Of a DNA stretch of 28,643 nt, positions 8,916-18,487 are shown in pieces. Within the stretch, counting starts at the first letter, position 1. Every line of letters begins with the position of its first letter. The notes below the pieces were generated by a model, which worked only from the letters and a program-made list of their open reading frames with translations, was not told where the DNA came from and made no database searches. The stretch lies in the NCBI GenBank assembly GCA_029856365.1, contig JAHQWW010000038.1:1-28643 (forward strand), written 5' to 3'. Source of the DNA: Candidatus Hodarchaeota archaeon. GTDB lineage: Archaea > Asgardarchaeota > Heimdallarchaeia > Hodarchaeales > Hodarchaeaceae. The position numbers and the translations under genes were made by a program.

Positions 8916-9248
8916 TTATTCTTGCGATAAAAGCTTTTTTGCAATAAGATCTGCCACTAGCTCACATATCTTCAAAATTTTCGGGTCAGACAATGAATAA
9001 TAGACTTCATTAGCCTTTCTACGCGTTATTACTACTCCTTTTTCTCTTAATACACGAAGATGCTGAGAAATATACGGTTGCGGTTTGTTTGTTACTTCTT
9101 TGATATCTGAGACATTTTTTTCTCCATCTTCTAGAATTTGAAGAATTTTCAGTCTGAAAGGGTGTGTTAATGACTGACATAATTCTGCTTGTAGTGTTAA
9201 AGAATTATTTTCATCATCTAATGAACTTGAAGCTTTATCTGAAGTCAT
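8916..9248 (-). CDS. ArsR/SmtB-family transcriptional regulator
   Basis: LTHPFRLKIL, GEKNVSDI, QPYISQHLRVLREKGVV and VYYSL form a winged-helix pattern. Confidence 0.95.
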   Translation of the reverse strand: MTSDKASSSLDDENNSLTLQAELCQSLTHPFRLKILQILEDGEKNVSDIKEVTNKPQPYISQHLRVLREKGVVITRRKANEVYYSLSDPKILKICELVADLIAKKLLSQE

Positions 9249-9263
9249 ATCTTCGCCATTATG

Positions 9264-9323
9264 AATATATTGTAATTCGTATATATAGATTTTGGAATAT
9301 TCAAGAAACGCAATATTTATAAA
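9264..9323. promoter_or_regulatory. Tandem ArsR-type operator array overlapping the TATA box of the redox operon
   Basis: ATAT occurs at 9265, 9281, 9297 and 9313 (exact 16-bp period). TTTATAAA at 9316-9323; AGGAGA SD at 9355-9360. Confidence 0.55.
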
Positions 9324-9367
9324 GAATTGGTAAAAGTGTTAAATAAAGTAATTAAGGAGAATATTAA

Positions 9368-10069
9368 ATGTCTGAAGGTAAAGTAAGAATCGAAGAGAAA
9401 ATTTTGAATGAAGTCCGTCAAATGTTTGATGGATTAACCTCAGATGTAACGCTGCACATGTTTACAAGTAAAAATCACTGTCTATTATGTAATGAAACCC
9501 TTGACTTAGCGGAACAAATAGCGAAACAATCTGATAAAATAACTCTTGATCATTGTGAATGTGATATAAATTCTGAAAAAGCTCAGAAATGGCGTATTAC
9601 AAGACATCCTGCGATAGCTATTGAGGGGAAAGGAAAAGGATTGATTAGATTTTTTGGTATCCCTTCAGGATATGAGTTTGGTAGCCTGATTGAGAGTATC
9701 ATTATGGGTGGTACAGACAAAGAAAGTGACCTCCGTCCTGAAATCGTAGAAGAAATCGAAAATATTGATCATCCCGTTCATTTACAAGTTTTTGTGACCC
9801 CCACTTGTCCATATTGCCCCCGAGCGGTTTTAAATGCATTTAAATTTGCTAACTTGAATGAAAATATTACTGCTGACATGATTGAGGCAACAGAATTCCA
9901 AGAATTATCCATGCAATATCAAATTCAGGGAGTTCCAAAGACAATCATCAATGATGACTGGATTGAAGAGGAGGACGACGGTGAAATTCTTAGATATCCT
10001 AAATGGAGTGTGGTTGGAGCGGTACCTGAAAGTGCATTACTTGAGAAGATTAAAGAAGCGCTTGGATAG
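9368..10069 (+). CDS. Protein disulfide oxidoreductase (two-thioredoxin-fold, archaeal glutaredoxin-like / AhpF N-terminal domain type)
   Basis: Two CxxC sites (CLLC, CPYC), GIPSGYEFGSL, FVTPTCPYCP and GVPKTIIN. Confidence 0.93.
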   Translation: MSEGKVRIEEKILNEVRQMFDGLTSDVTLHMFTSKNHCLLCNETLDLAEQIAKQSDKITLDHCECDINSEKAQKWRITRHPAIAIEGKGKGLIRFFGIPSGYEFGSLIESIIMGGTDKESDLRPEIVEEIENIDHPVHLQVFVTPTCPYCPRAVLNAFKFANLNENITADMIEATEFQELSMQYQIQGVPKTIINDDWIEEEDDGEILRYPKWSVVGAVPESALLEKIKEALG

Positions 10070-10133
10070 ATCTACAAAAAATTGGTTGTCAAATTCGTGT
10101 ATTATATCAAATATCTATACTAGGAGACCCTAA

Positions 10134-10724
10134 GTGTTGCTAGAACGAATAACTGAAGAATTCTACCAAACAGGTGTTTCTTTTGATGAATTCTTACAAT
10201 TAGGTACAGAAGACGAACAAGAACGAATCAGTCTATATCATCGTAGACTTGAGAAGAAATTCTCTCCTGAAGAATTTCGCATTGATTTAACCTATCCAGT
10301 CAATCTTCTGGTAATTGCTACAACTTGGTGTTGGGATTCCAAAACCAACGTCCCTGTTTTCGTTAGAGTAGCAGAACACAGCCCGAATGTCAACTTGAAA
10401 ATCTTCAACAAAGATCAATATCCTTTCTTGGCCGATAAGATAAATGGTGTTGAAAAAATACCTCAAGTCCTTGTCTTTTCAAAAGATTACTATTATCTAG
10501 ATCGGTGGGTTGAACGGACAACCTCTGGCTATCGACTCTATGGCGATGTTCGTAAGGAATATGGGTGGGACGAGAGCGTTTCTGAACAATTTTTGAAAGA
10601 ATATCGTAAAAAATTTCTGAAACAGCAAAAAAAACTTGAGTCCGACCTTATCCAAGAGGTTAGAATCTTATTAACAAGAATGGACGCCATTCAAGCTGCT
10701 ACTGGGCGTTTTTTCAAGAAGTGA
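10134..10724 (+). CDS. Thioredoxin-fold protein (Thioredoxin_9-like) with CxxS site
   Basis: LLVIATTWCWDS, cis-Pro loop KIPQVLV and RWVER. Confidence 0.85.
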   Translation: MLLERITEEFYQTGVSFDEFLQLGTEDEQERISLYHRRLEKKFSPEEFRIDLTYPVNLLVIATTWCWDSKTNVPVFVRVAEHSPNVNLKIFNKDQYPFLADKINGVEKIPQVLVFSKDYYYLDRWVERTTSGYRLYGDVRKEYGWDESVSEQFLKEYRKKFLKQQKKLESDLIQEVRILLTRMDAIQAATGRFFKK

Positions 10725-10841
10725 GTTGTGACAACATGAGTTTAAACTCACAACATTAAATTCCTTGTCTGGGAGGGAATTGTTTAAACCCCAGATTTTT
10801 TATAAGAGAAGTAATGTTGCAACTTGTAGAGATGCTTAAGC

Positions 10842-13445
10842 TTGAAAAAACGGATAATTGAATGGAATCTTCCTTTGGTAGAGATATCAAAAGCATCTAC
10901 TCATGAGAAAAGTGTTCGTCATGGGCATCCAAGCACATTACATTTATGGTGGGCGCGCCGTCCCTTAGCTGCTTCTCGAGCTACTGCATTTGCAGCACTG
11001 ATTGATCTTCCTTCGAGTTTGAAAACACAGAAAAAAATCATGAATTTAATTAAAAAAATTGTACCTTGGAATACAGTAAAGTCAGATTTAAGCCCAGTTA
11101 TTTATCAGAGTCAGCAGTTTATTAAGAATCAATGGGATGCTCGACCACCCCGAATACTTGACCCCTTTTCTGGAGGAGGATCAATCCCGCTCGAAGCACT
11201 CAGACTTGGTTGTGAAACTTATGCCAGCGACTTAAATCCAATAGCAGTCTTGATTAGCAAAGCCACATTCGAATGGCCGCAAACGATCGCCAATATTAAC
11301 CTTGCATCTCTAGTAGAAGAATGGGCAACTCATATTTATGATGAAGCAAATCTAGCGATAAGTCAATTCTATCCAAACGACCCTGACGGAAGTATCCCGA
11401 TTGGTTATTTATGGACGAGAACCATTCCATGTCCCAATCCGATTTGTCAAGTAGAAATGCCTTTGATCAAGCATTTTTGGTTGGCTCGAACCAAAACACG
11501 TTTAATTGCATATAAACCTATTGTAGATAAACGGTTAAAGACTATCTCTTTTCAGATTCAAGAAGACCAAAATATTGACTTTAATCCCTCTATAGGAACC
11601 ATTTCAAGAGCTAAAGCTAAGTGTTTAGTTTGTAATCAAGTGACAAAAGCAGAAAAGATTCGTGAACTAGCACAAGAGGGAAAAATGCAACAAAAAATGA
11701 CCGTGGTAATTCTACGTGTTCCAAAAAAAGCAAAAAAGCATTATCGTGTAGCCAATGAGAAAGATCTTCAAGTTTTCACTCAAGCAAGAAACTTTCTTTC
11801 TCAAAAACTTTCAAATCTTGAATATATGGAATCTCTCTTCCCAGATGAAGAATTACCACCCATTGGTACATTGGGTTTTGGAGTTCAACTATATGGGATG
11901 ACCAAATGGAGTGATTTATTTAATTCTCGTCAACAATTAGCTCTTATAACCTTCTTGGAACGTATAAGAACAAATTCTCAACTGATTGAGCAAAAGTATC
12001 AAGATATAGTCCATACAACTCCACGTCCAATCAAGCTTTCCACCATAATCGTTGCTTATTTAGCCATAATTTTAGGAAGGTTAGCAGATAAAAATGCAAG
12101 TTTAGTCGTTTATAACGCTTATGGTGAGAAAATTGAACATGTATTTGGCCGAACAGCGCTTCCTATGGCCTGGGATTATGCAGAATTGAATGTTTTTTCT
12201 GGTGCTAATGGAGATTGGTTACATCAAATGGATTGGGTTTTACGCTTCTTAAGAAATAATAGCTGGAAATCTCTAAACACATCACACGTCTATCAGGCAT
12301 CAGCAACTAATCTTCCTTTTGAAAATGAATATTTTGACGCAGTTTTTACCGATCCACCGTACTATGATAATGTTCCATATTCAGACTTATCCGATTTCTT
12401 CTATATTTGGTTTAAAAGAGCTATAGGCGATTTATTTCCTAATCTTTTTGCAACTCCTCTTACTCCCAAATCAAATGAAATAATTGCTAATAAAGGAAGA
12501 CAAAAGAACCCTAAAGAATTTTTTGAAGAAATGATAAGTGAATCCTTCAGAGAGATATATCGTATAATGAAGCCTGAAGGTATTGCGATTATCGTCTATG
12601 CGCATAAGTCATCGGAGGGATGGGAAACAATGTTGAAGGCATTAACGTATGCTGGGTTCGTTGTCACAGCCTCATGGCCTATTCACACTGAAATGAAGAC
12701 CCGACTTCGGGCAAAAACATCTGCTGCCCTTTCGTCCTCCATTTATCTTGTTTGTAGAAAACATCCGAGAAAAGAAGTTGGATATTTTCATGAAATTCAA
12801 CACGAAATGGAAATTCAGATACAAAAGCAATTGCAACGTTTCTGGAGAGAAGGTATTCGTGGCGGAGATTTCTTTATCTCGGCAATTGGGCCAGCAATGA
12901 AGATCCTGAGTCAGTACCGTCAAATTGAGCGTTACTCAGGTGAAATTGTTGGTTTTGGAGACCAATTGTCCTATATCCGTTCGATGTCAACGAATTTTCT
13001 CGTGAAAAACTTGCTAGAAAACCCCGAGACTATAACAATTGACGGAATATCTCAATTTTATCTAGCGTTTCGCTGGACATTTCAAGATACAATAGTTGAC
13101 TTTGGAGAAGCCCAAAAACTTGCTCAAGCGTGTGGAGTAGAATTTAACATCATTCAAAGGGGGGGATTTATAAAGAAAAAAGGATCTAAAATAACAGTTC
13201 TAGATGCATTAAATCGACGCATTATCGATCCAGAAGAAATTTGTCTAGTTAATATCATGCATCAATCCTTAATCGCTTGGAAAGAAGGAAATGAAAAACT
13301 ACTAGAAAAATTGTTATTTTCTTCCAATAAAATATCTAATAGTGGTTTTTGGCAATATTGTCAGGCAATCGCGGAATGTCTACCCCGAAAAAATGTTGAA
13401 AAACAATTACTTGAAGGATTATTAGTATCGAAATATTGCCAATAA
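10842..13445 (+). CDS. DUF1156-domain adenine-specific DNA methyltransferase with Zn ribbon
   Basis: HLWWARRPL (DUF1156), DPFSGGGSIP SAM-binding motif, CPNPIC...CLVC and the catalytic TDPPYYD. Confidence 0.93.
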   Translation: MKKRIIEWNLPLVEISKASTHEKSVRHGHPSTLHLWWARRPLAASRATAFAALIDLPSSLKTQKKIMNLIKKIVPWNTVKSDLSPVIYQSQQFIKNQWDARPPRILDPFSGGGSIPLEALRLGCETYASDLNPIAVLISKATFEWPQTIANINLASLVEEWATHIYDEANLAISQFYPNDPDGSIPIGYLWTRTIPCPNPICQVEMPLIKHFWLARTKTRLIAYKPIVDKRLKTISFQIQEDQNIDFNPSIGTISRAKAKCLVCNQVTKAEKIRELAQEGKMQQKMTVVILRVPKKAKKHYRVANEKDLQVFTQARNFLSQKLSNLEYMESLFPDEELPPIGTLGFGVQLYGMTKWSDLFNSRQQLALITFLERIRTNSQLIEQKYQDIVHTTPRPIKLSTIIVAYLAIILGRLADKNASLVVYNAYGEKIEHVFGRTALPMAWDYAELNVFSGANGDWLHQMDWVLRFLRNNSWKSLNTSHVYQASATNLPFENEYFDAVFTDPPYYDNVPYSDLSDFFYIWFKRAIGDLFPNLFATPLTPKSNEIIANKGRQKNPKEFFEEMISESFREIYRIMKPEGIAIIVYAHKSSEGWETMLKALTYAGFVVTASWPIHTEMKTRLRAKTSAALSSSIYLVCRKHPRKEVGYFHEIQHEMEIQIQKQLQRFWREGIRGGDFFISAIGPAMKILSQYRQIERYSGEIVGFGDQLSYIRSMSTNFLVKNLLENPETITIDGISQFYLAFRWTFQDTIVDFGEAQKLAQACGVEFNIIQRGGFIKKKGSKITVLDALNRRIIDPEEICLVNIMHQSLIAWKEGNEKLLEKLLFSSNKISNSGFWQYCQAIAECLPRKNVEKQLLEGLLVSKYCQ

Positions 13446-13555
13446 GAGGTAATTAACAATTAAAGCCTTTTAGACTTATTCATTTTCTAATTTAAGAAGT
13501 CTCTTGTTGATATTTGTTATAACGCTTTCTATTACTTTCTGATTTTTTATACATT

Positions 13556-13972
13556 CTACATATCTGAAGATAAGGTTTTGATTTCCTTTTCAATAGTTTT
13601 TATTGCTTTTTTCATATTTCCTAGGCGTGGTGTGCGAGCAGGTGAACTTTCAAACTTATAATCAACAATACTTAGAGATTGTATCTGTTCTTGTATGGAG
13701 AAGCCTAAATTTGATGATACTTGAGTTTTTAATGGTTTTGAGACTGGTTTCATTCTTATATAATTTGAAGTTAGATTAGGAGAAATATCAAGAGGAGGGG
13801 GTTCCTCAAAGTTTCCTTGTAATTCTACTGGGATGATAGGTTTTATTTCATTTGTAGACCGATCATAAAATGACTCATCACTACCAAAATGCGGACACGG
13901 AAAATTCATTATATGATTGTTACATTTCTTACAAACTGGACTAATTGTAAATTCCTCTCTATCAATGAACAT
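13556..13972 (-). CDS. Hypothetical protein with degenerate N-terminal zinc ribbon and low-complexity tail
   Basis: CKKC-x8-CPHFG (fourth Cys position is Phe); the remainder is Pro/Ser-rich. Confidence 0.6.
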   Translation of the reverse strand: MFIDREEFTISPVCKKCNNHIMNFPCPHFGSDESFYDRSTNEIKPIIPVELQGNFEEPPPLDISPNLTSNYIRMKPVSKPLKTQVSSNLGFSIQEQIQSLSIVDYKFESSPARTPRLGNMKKAIKTIEKEIKTLSSDM

Positions 13973-14048
13973 AGTATTGTTTGTGAACCTTCACTAGGTA
14001 ATCTTAAATTTTTTCATAGAAAATATCCAAAATATCCTGCTATTATCA

Positions 14049-15437
14049 TTATTGTGTTGCGGTGGTAATTCGACAATTTTTAACGCGTACCGTTGGAATC
14101 CATGTGGGATTAGTTACTTGCGACCACCACTTAACCTGTACACGATCATTCCCTAAAGCTTCAATATTGGCAAATTGCCGTAATAAGTTATCACTAATAC
14201 GAAAGTTCTTTACTGGTTGACCTAATTCTCCATTTTCAATAAGAAATGCAGCATCCCTCGGAATTGTGCTATACTCTGTTGATATTACGCTAGTGAACCG
14301 AGTGTACCAGTTACAAGTAACAAAAATGGTTGAGTTTGATCCCTCTAGTAGTTCTTCAATAGAATGATCTCCATTGTTGAACACCAAGTTTGTAGGAGAA
14401 GGACCTAAGAGTTTAATACCCACGCCAAAGTTAAATAGTTCCCCATTTCCTGTACTGGATCCGCCAGACATCTTGGCTGTTGAAGTATTATGAATGAAGT
14501 TAATTAGAACCCCCTCCTTGAATATAGGAGTAGTCTGTCGTGGGGTTCCTTCAACATCAAAAGGAGATGAATTTAATCCATCTTGTTGTAATCCATTATC
14601 TTGTACCGAAACGAACTCTGGTGCCAATTTTTCTCCCATTTTATCTCCTAAAGCACTTCTACCCATCATAATAGCAAGTGGATTCGCCATTCCTGGAATA
14701 ACTCCCAACAAATTCGCTGCGACCGCTGGTGCCATAACTACATCATATATTCCCCTTTTCACCTGTTTTGCACCTTGATGAAGTTTTGATAAATGCCCTG
14801 CTCGTTCTCCAGCAGTGATAAATTCTTTCTCAGCGCCAGAAGGAATTCGACCACAAGCTAAACCTTGGCCAGAAGCATCTAATTCTTTTTGGATTGCTCT
14901 AATTGTAAGATTATAGTAGGTTCCAGTATAACTTCCCCTAGGCCCTGCAGAGCTTTTCAGAGAAACTGTTTTCTGGCCGAAAAGGTATGAACCAGCGACT
15001 CTAATAGCACCTGCAGCGAGCGCGGCATCAATACAGGCATTTACATCGTTTGGAGCTTTTTCTCGATAATCTAGAATTTTAGTGTCAGCAAGCCACTCTT
15101 GTTTGGGATAACTTGAGATTTTTTCTTCTGTACCTTGAAAGAAAGGGCTTGCTGCCATTTTTTTCGTGAATTTTATTGATTCTTCCACATTTTCCTTTAC
15201 ATTCTCGTTAGAGGTGGGTGAAAATTCAGTTGTTGATACACGATTATCGTCAACGACCAAAACTAGTTCTATCACATTTGAGTGCCATTGTTTGTTTATA
15301 TCAATTTTGTTTTGAGAAAATCTGATTTGATTTTCAATGTTTGATATTCCACGAGCAATAATAAGATCAATATCCAACTTCTGCCCAATTTCCACCGACA
15401 AATCGACATAAGCTTCCATTTGTTCTGACATTTTCAT
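14049..15437 (-). CDS. pmbA: TldE/PmbA-family protein
   Basis: IRFSQNKI, SPFDVEGTP, NWYTRF and PVKNFRISDN. It lacks the HExxxH motif and lies 6 nt downstream of tldD. Confidence 0.9.
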   Translation of the reverse strand: MKMSEQMEAYVDLSVEIGQKLDIDLIIARGISNIENQIRFSQNKIDINKQWHSNVIELVLVVDDNRVSTTEFSPTSNENVKENVEESIKFTKKMAASPFFQGTEEKISSYPKQEWLADTKILDYREKAPNDVNACIDAALAAGAIRVAGSYLFGQKTVSLKSSAGPRGSYTGTYYNLTIRAIQKELDASGQGLACGRIPSGAEKEFITAGERAGHLSKLHQGAKQVKRGIYDVVMAPAVAANLLGVIPGMANPLAIMMGRSALGDKMGEKLAPEFVSVQDNGLQQDGLNSSPFDVEGTPRQTTPIFKEGVLINFIHNTSTAKMSGGSSTGNGELFNFGVGIKLLGPSPTNLVFNNGDHSIEELLEGSNSTIFVTCNWYTRFTSVISTEYSTIPRDAAFLIENGELGQPVKNFRISDNLLRQFANIEALGNDRVQVKWWSQVTNPTWIPTVRVKNCRITTATQ

Positions 15438-15443
15438 CGTACC

Positions 15444-16856
15444 TCAACCAAGTCTGATATCCCGCATACGAATGTAGCCACCACCAGCATAAACAGGAAC
15501 TCCCTGACTTGGATCACTCTTTCCACAAACACCAGGAAAATCGAAGAAAAGATCTTTAGAAACTCCGTCAATCGAAGAAAACAATCCTACAGATGTAAGC
15601 TCCATAACTGGCCGACGTACCATTGTGTTAGTCACTTCGCCGTCTTTAATTTCATAACATTCGAATCCTACATATTTAGATTGATATCGTCTATCATCTA
15701 TATTCCACTCTGTAAATGAGAGCATATAAATTCCGTGTTTTATATCTTCTACTAATTCCTCAAGAGTAAAATCTCTTGGTTTCATATATGTATTAGCCAT
15801 ACGAATTATTGGTTCGCGATTGAAATCTGAAGCCCGAGCTGCTCCATTTGATCCTAACCCAAATTTCTCACCATATTCTCGATTAAGTAGTGGTTCATTT
15901 ATGACTCCATTTTTAATTAGAATTCTTTCACGAGCTTTAACACCCTCATCATCAAATTCATAATAACCTCCTGTCCCAGGAATTGTTGGGTCCTCTGCGA
16001 TAGTCACATATTCAGATCCAACTCGTGATTCTCCTAAAGATAAATCTCGCCAGAAGGATTCACCCGCTTGAGCGCCTTCTCGACCCATAATTCGATCTCC
16101 CTCACTAGGGTGACCACAATTCTCGTGACAAATGATACCTACAACTTCAGGACCCACAACGAAATCTGTTTTTCCTGTTATAACATTATTTGATTGCGCT
16201 GCAACTTTAGCTAGGCGAGCACAATCGTCATCATATTTATCAATCCAAGTTTTTGTACCTTCCCATCCTGTACTCCGAGTTAAATCCACCCAACGTTGTT
16301 CAGAATCTAACAGCCCTTTGGCTGTTAAGATGCCATAAAATTTGAGCATGGACGATTCTGACTCAATTCGAGTTCCTTCTGAAGTCACAAGGTATTTCTC
16401 ATAGCTTTGAGCCTCAAAAATGTTCGCACGATTGTTGATTCCATGATCTTCAGCTCTTTTGTCCATTTCTTTCAACAATTCAAGCATTGAATCAGTGTCA
16501 ACGTCTACTAATTTTTGTTTAGTAGCTACAGACCATTTTGCTTCATTTGAAACTGGTTTACCAAAATTAATTTTCTCTTTGGGATTTGATCCTTTTACCA
16601 TTTTGACTCCAATATTAACAACATCTTTTACTGTTTTTCTTGATAGTTCATCAATGGACACAAACGCAAGTCCCCCGTTTTTAAGCACACGAAATCCAAT
16701 ACCAAACCAAGGTCGTTGAGTTCCTGATAGCAGCATGCCATTTCGTAAGAATAGAAATGTTCGTTGGCCATTGATTAATCTGGCTTCTACATAGTCAACT
16801 CCATTTTCTTGGGCATACTCCACACCAAATTCAGCTAAGTCTTTACCATATGACAC
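15444..16856 (-). CDS. tldD: TldD-family metalloprotease
   Basis: HENCGHPSEGDR (HExxxH), FDDEGV, PIIRMANTY and CGKSDPSQGVPV. Confidence 0.94.
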   Translation of the reverse strand: MSYGKDLAEFGVEYAQENGVDYVEARLINGQRTFLFLRNGMLLSGTQRPWFGIGFRVLKNGGLAFVSIDELSRKTVKDVVNIGVKMVKGSNPKEKINFGKPVSNEAKWSVATKQKLVDVDTDSMLELLKEMDKRAEDHGINNRANIFEAQSYEKYLVTSEGTRIESESSMLKFYGILTAKGLLDSEQRWVDLTRSTGWEGTKTWIDKYDDDCARLAKVAAQSNNVITGKTDFVVGPEVVGIICHENCGHPSEGDRIMGREGAQAGESFWRDLSLGESRVGSEYVTIAEDPTIPGTGGYYEFDDEGVKARERILIKNGVINEPLLNREYGEKFGLGSNGAARASDFNREPIIRMANTYMKPRDFTLEELVEDIKHGIYMLSFTEWNIDDRRYQSKYVGFECYEIKDGEVTNTMVRRPVMELTSVGLFSSIDGVSKDLFFDFPGVCGKSDPSQGVPVYAGGGYIRMRDIRLG

Positions 16857-17143
16857 TTTATGTCAACTCATGAAATCCTTTTGTAACAAATTTATCAGCG
16901 TGATATTTGGTATCTCTACTCCTGAATAAATACATTTCTCTCATTCTCCCCCTTGGATTATTTTTGTACATTTTCAGAATAAATAATGAGCAATTTGGTA
17001 CATGTGAATGATTTTTGATGAATCAAACCACTAATTTATCGTAAAGAGGAGTCTAAATCAGCTAGTTTAGTATATTAAGTAAAATCTTTAAAGGAAAAAT
17101 AGATGAGAAACCTTCCAGTTTTATTAAAATTTAAGTGGGGAGA

Positions 17144-17284
17144 TTAATGCCAGCTCCAACGTGTTCTTTTTAGTTCTTCCTCAGAAATCTTAGGTTCCTT
17201 GCCGTATTTCTTCTCTAAATAGTTATAATCCTTAGATGTACAACTGGATGGGTTTTTTTCATGAGACGATTGTGATGATGACAT
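17144..17284 (-). CDS. Putative 46-aa small protein
   Basis: Hand-translated MSSSQSSHEKNPSSCTSKDYNYLEKKYGKEPKISEEELKRTRWSWH*. It is upstream of and co-oriented with tldD; no clear SD. Confidence 0.5.
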   Translation of the reverse strand: MSSSQSSHEKNPSSCTSKDYNYLEKKYGKEPKISEEELKRTRWSWH

Positions 17285-17406
17285 ATACTTTTTATTATTA
17301 GGTAATCCCTTTAAACTCGAAAGAGAGAGAGTTAACTGAAAATGGAAGCACAGTTATGAATGAAGATTTATAAGAAGTTTTTTCATTTAGATATTTGAGG
17401 ATAATA

Positions 17407-17541
17407 ATGACATTAAAGAAAAATCGCTTTTCTCCACGATTAAAAAAGCATAAAATCAATAAAGAAGTTGTAGAACAAATAAAAGATACTAAGCGTCGCA
17501 TAAAAGAGAAAATTACAGAATCTAAACCTAAGAAGCAATAG
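17407..17541 (+). CDS. Putative 44-aa lysine-rich small protein
   Basis: MTLKKNRFSPRLKKHKINKEVVEQIKDTKRRIKEKITESKPKKQ*, preceded by GAGGA at SD spacing. Confidence 0.55.
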   Translation: MTLKKNRFSPRLKKHKINKEVVEQIKDTKRRIKEKITESKPKKQ

Positions 17542-17631
17542 ATCGAAAAATTTGAGTGATAATCCATCAATCCACAGTTATAACAACAATGAAAACAATT
17601 TCCAAAAAAGCTAATCATTAGAGGTGACCAT

Positions 17632-17751
17632 TTGCCCCGAAAAGGAAAGGGAGTAAGACGTATTCTCCGAGAAGAAAAACGACTGCGAGAGAAAAAAAAA
17701 CAAGGAAAAAAATCTTGGCGTTTTAAAACTGAAGACCTTGATAAGGACTAA
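17632..17751 (+). CDS. Putative 39-aa highly basic small protein (TTG start)
   Basis: MPRKGKGVRRILREEKRLREKKKQGKKSWRFKTEDLDKD*, with a strong GAGGTGA SD at 17621-17627. It ends 28 nt before the TlyA-like gene. Confidence 0.65.
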   Translation: MPRKGKGVRRILREEKRLREKKKQGKKSWRFKTEDLDKD

Positions 17752-17779
17752 CCATTAGTTACAGAGTGATTGGATAAAA

Positions 17780-18487
17780 ATGCGTTTAGATGAATGGCTA
17801 ACTCAAAAACAATATTTCTCTTCCAGATCGAAAGCCATTCGGTTCATTCGAGAAAATGGAGTTAAGATAAATGAAAAACTGATAAAAAAACCTGCTTACA
17901 GAGTAAAACGTCATGATCAGGTAAATATCGAGGAAAATGAGCTTCAGATATTCACAAAACCGTTAGGTTATTCTAAAATGACATGGTTGTCTTTAAATCC
18001 TCATTTTCCTCCCTTTAATCTACATGATAAATGTTTAGATGTAGGTGCAAGTGCTGGGGGGTTTTCTCTTTATATGCTTGAACAAAATGTACAATCTGTG
18101 TTGGCAATTGAAATCTCATCAGATTTTGAGCCATTTTTAAAAGAAATTCGTAATCAATATCCCAATAAATTTTCATATTGGATAAAAGATTTCTTTAAAT
18201 TAACTCCCAGTAGTTTTCCTCATTCTTTCAATTTTATCACTGTTGATTTATCATTGGATCCCTATTTTTTACTAAAAAAGTTAGAATTTTTCACTTCACT
18301 CCTACAACCATCGTCAATTCAAGCACGCCTTCTATTAACTATTAAAACTGGAAAAATCACAAATTTAAAAGATATATTGCAAAAAATTGAGCAAAAAATT
18401 GATACTCTGTGCTCAAACACGTCATGCATATGGCTGGAATCATTACCAGATAAACAAGAACGATTTCTAATGCTTTTAAAATCTTAA
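17780..18487 (+). CDS. TlyA-like RNA 2'-O-methyltransferase (S4 + FtsJ domain)
   Basis: S4 domain MRLDEWL...SRSKA...KKPAY, SAM motif LDVGASAGGF, and a plausible K-D-K-E tetrad (YSK, TVDLS, TIK, QERF). Confidence 0.85.
   Translation: MRLDEWLTQKQYFSSRSKAIRFIRENGVKINEKLIKKPAYRVKRHDQVNIEENELQIFTKPLGYSKMTWLSLNPHFPPFNLHDKCLDVGASAGGFSLYMLEQNVQSVLAIEISSDFEPFLKEIRNQYPNKFSYWIKDFFKLTPSSFPHSFNFITVDLSLDPYFLLKKLEFFTSLLQPSSIQARLLLTIKTGKITNLKDILQKIEQKIDTLCSNTSCIWLESLPDKQERFLMLLKS

Noticed and set aside
17298-17618. 106-aa minus-strand ORF
   Set aside because: Phe/Cys/Ser-rich antisense shadow of the A-rich plus strand carrying the SD-led small ORF.
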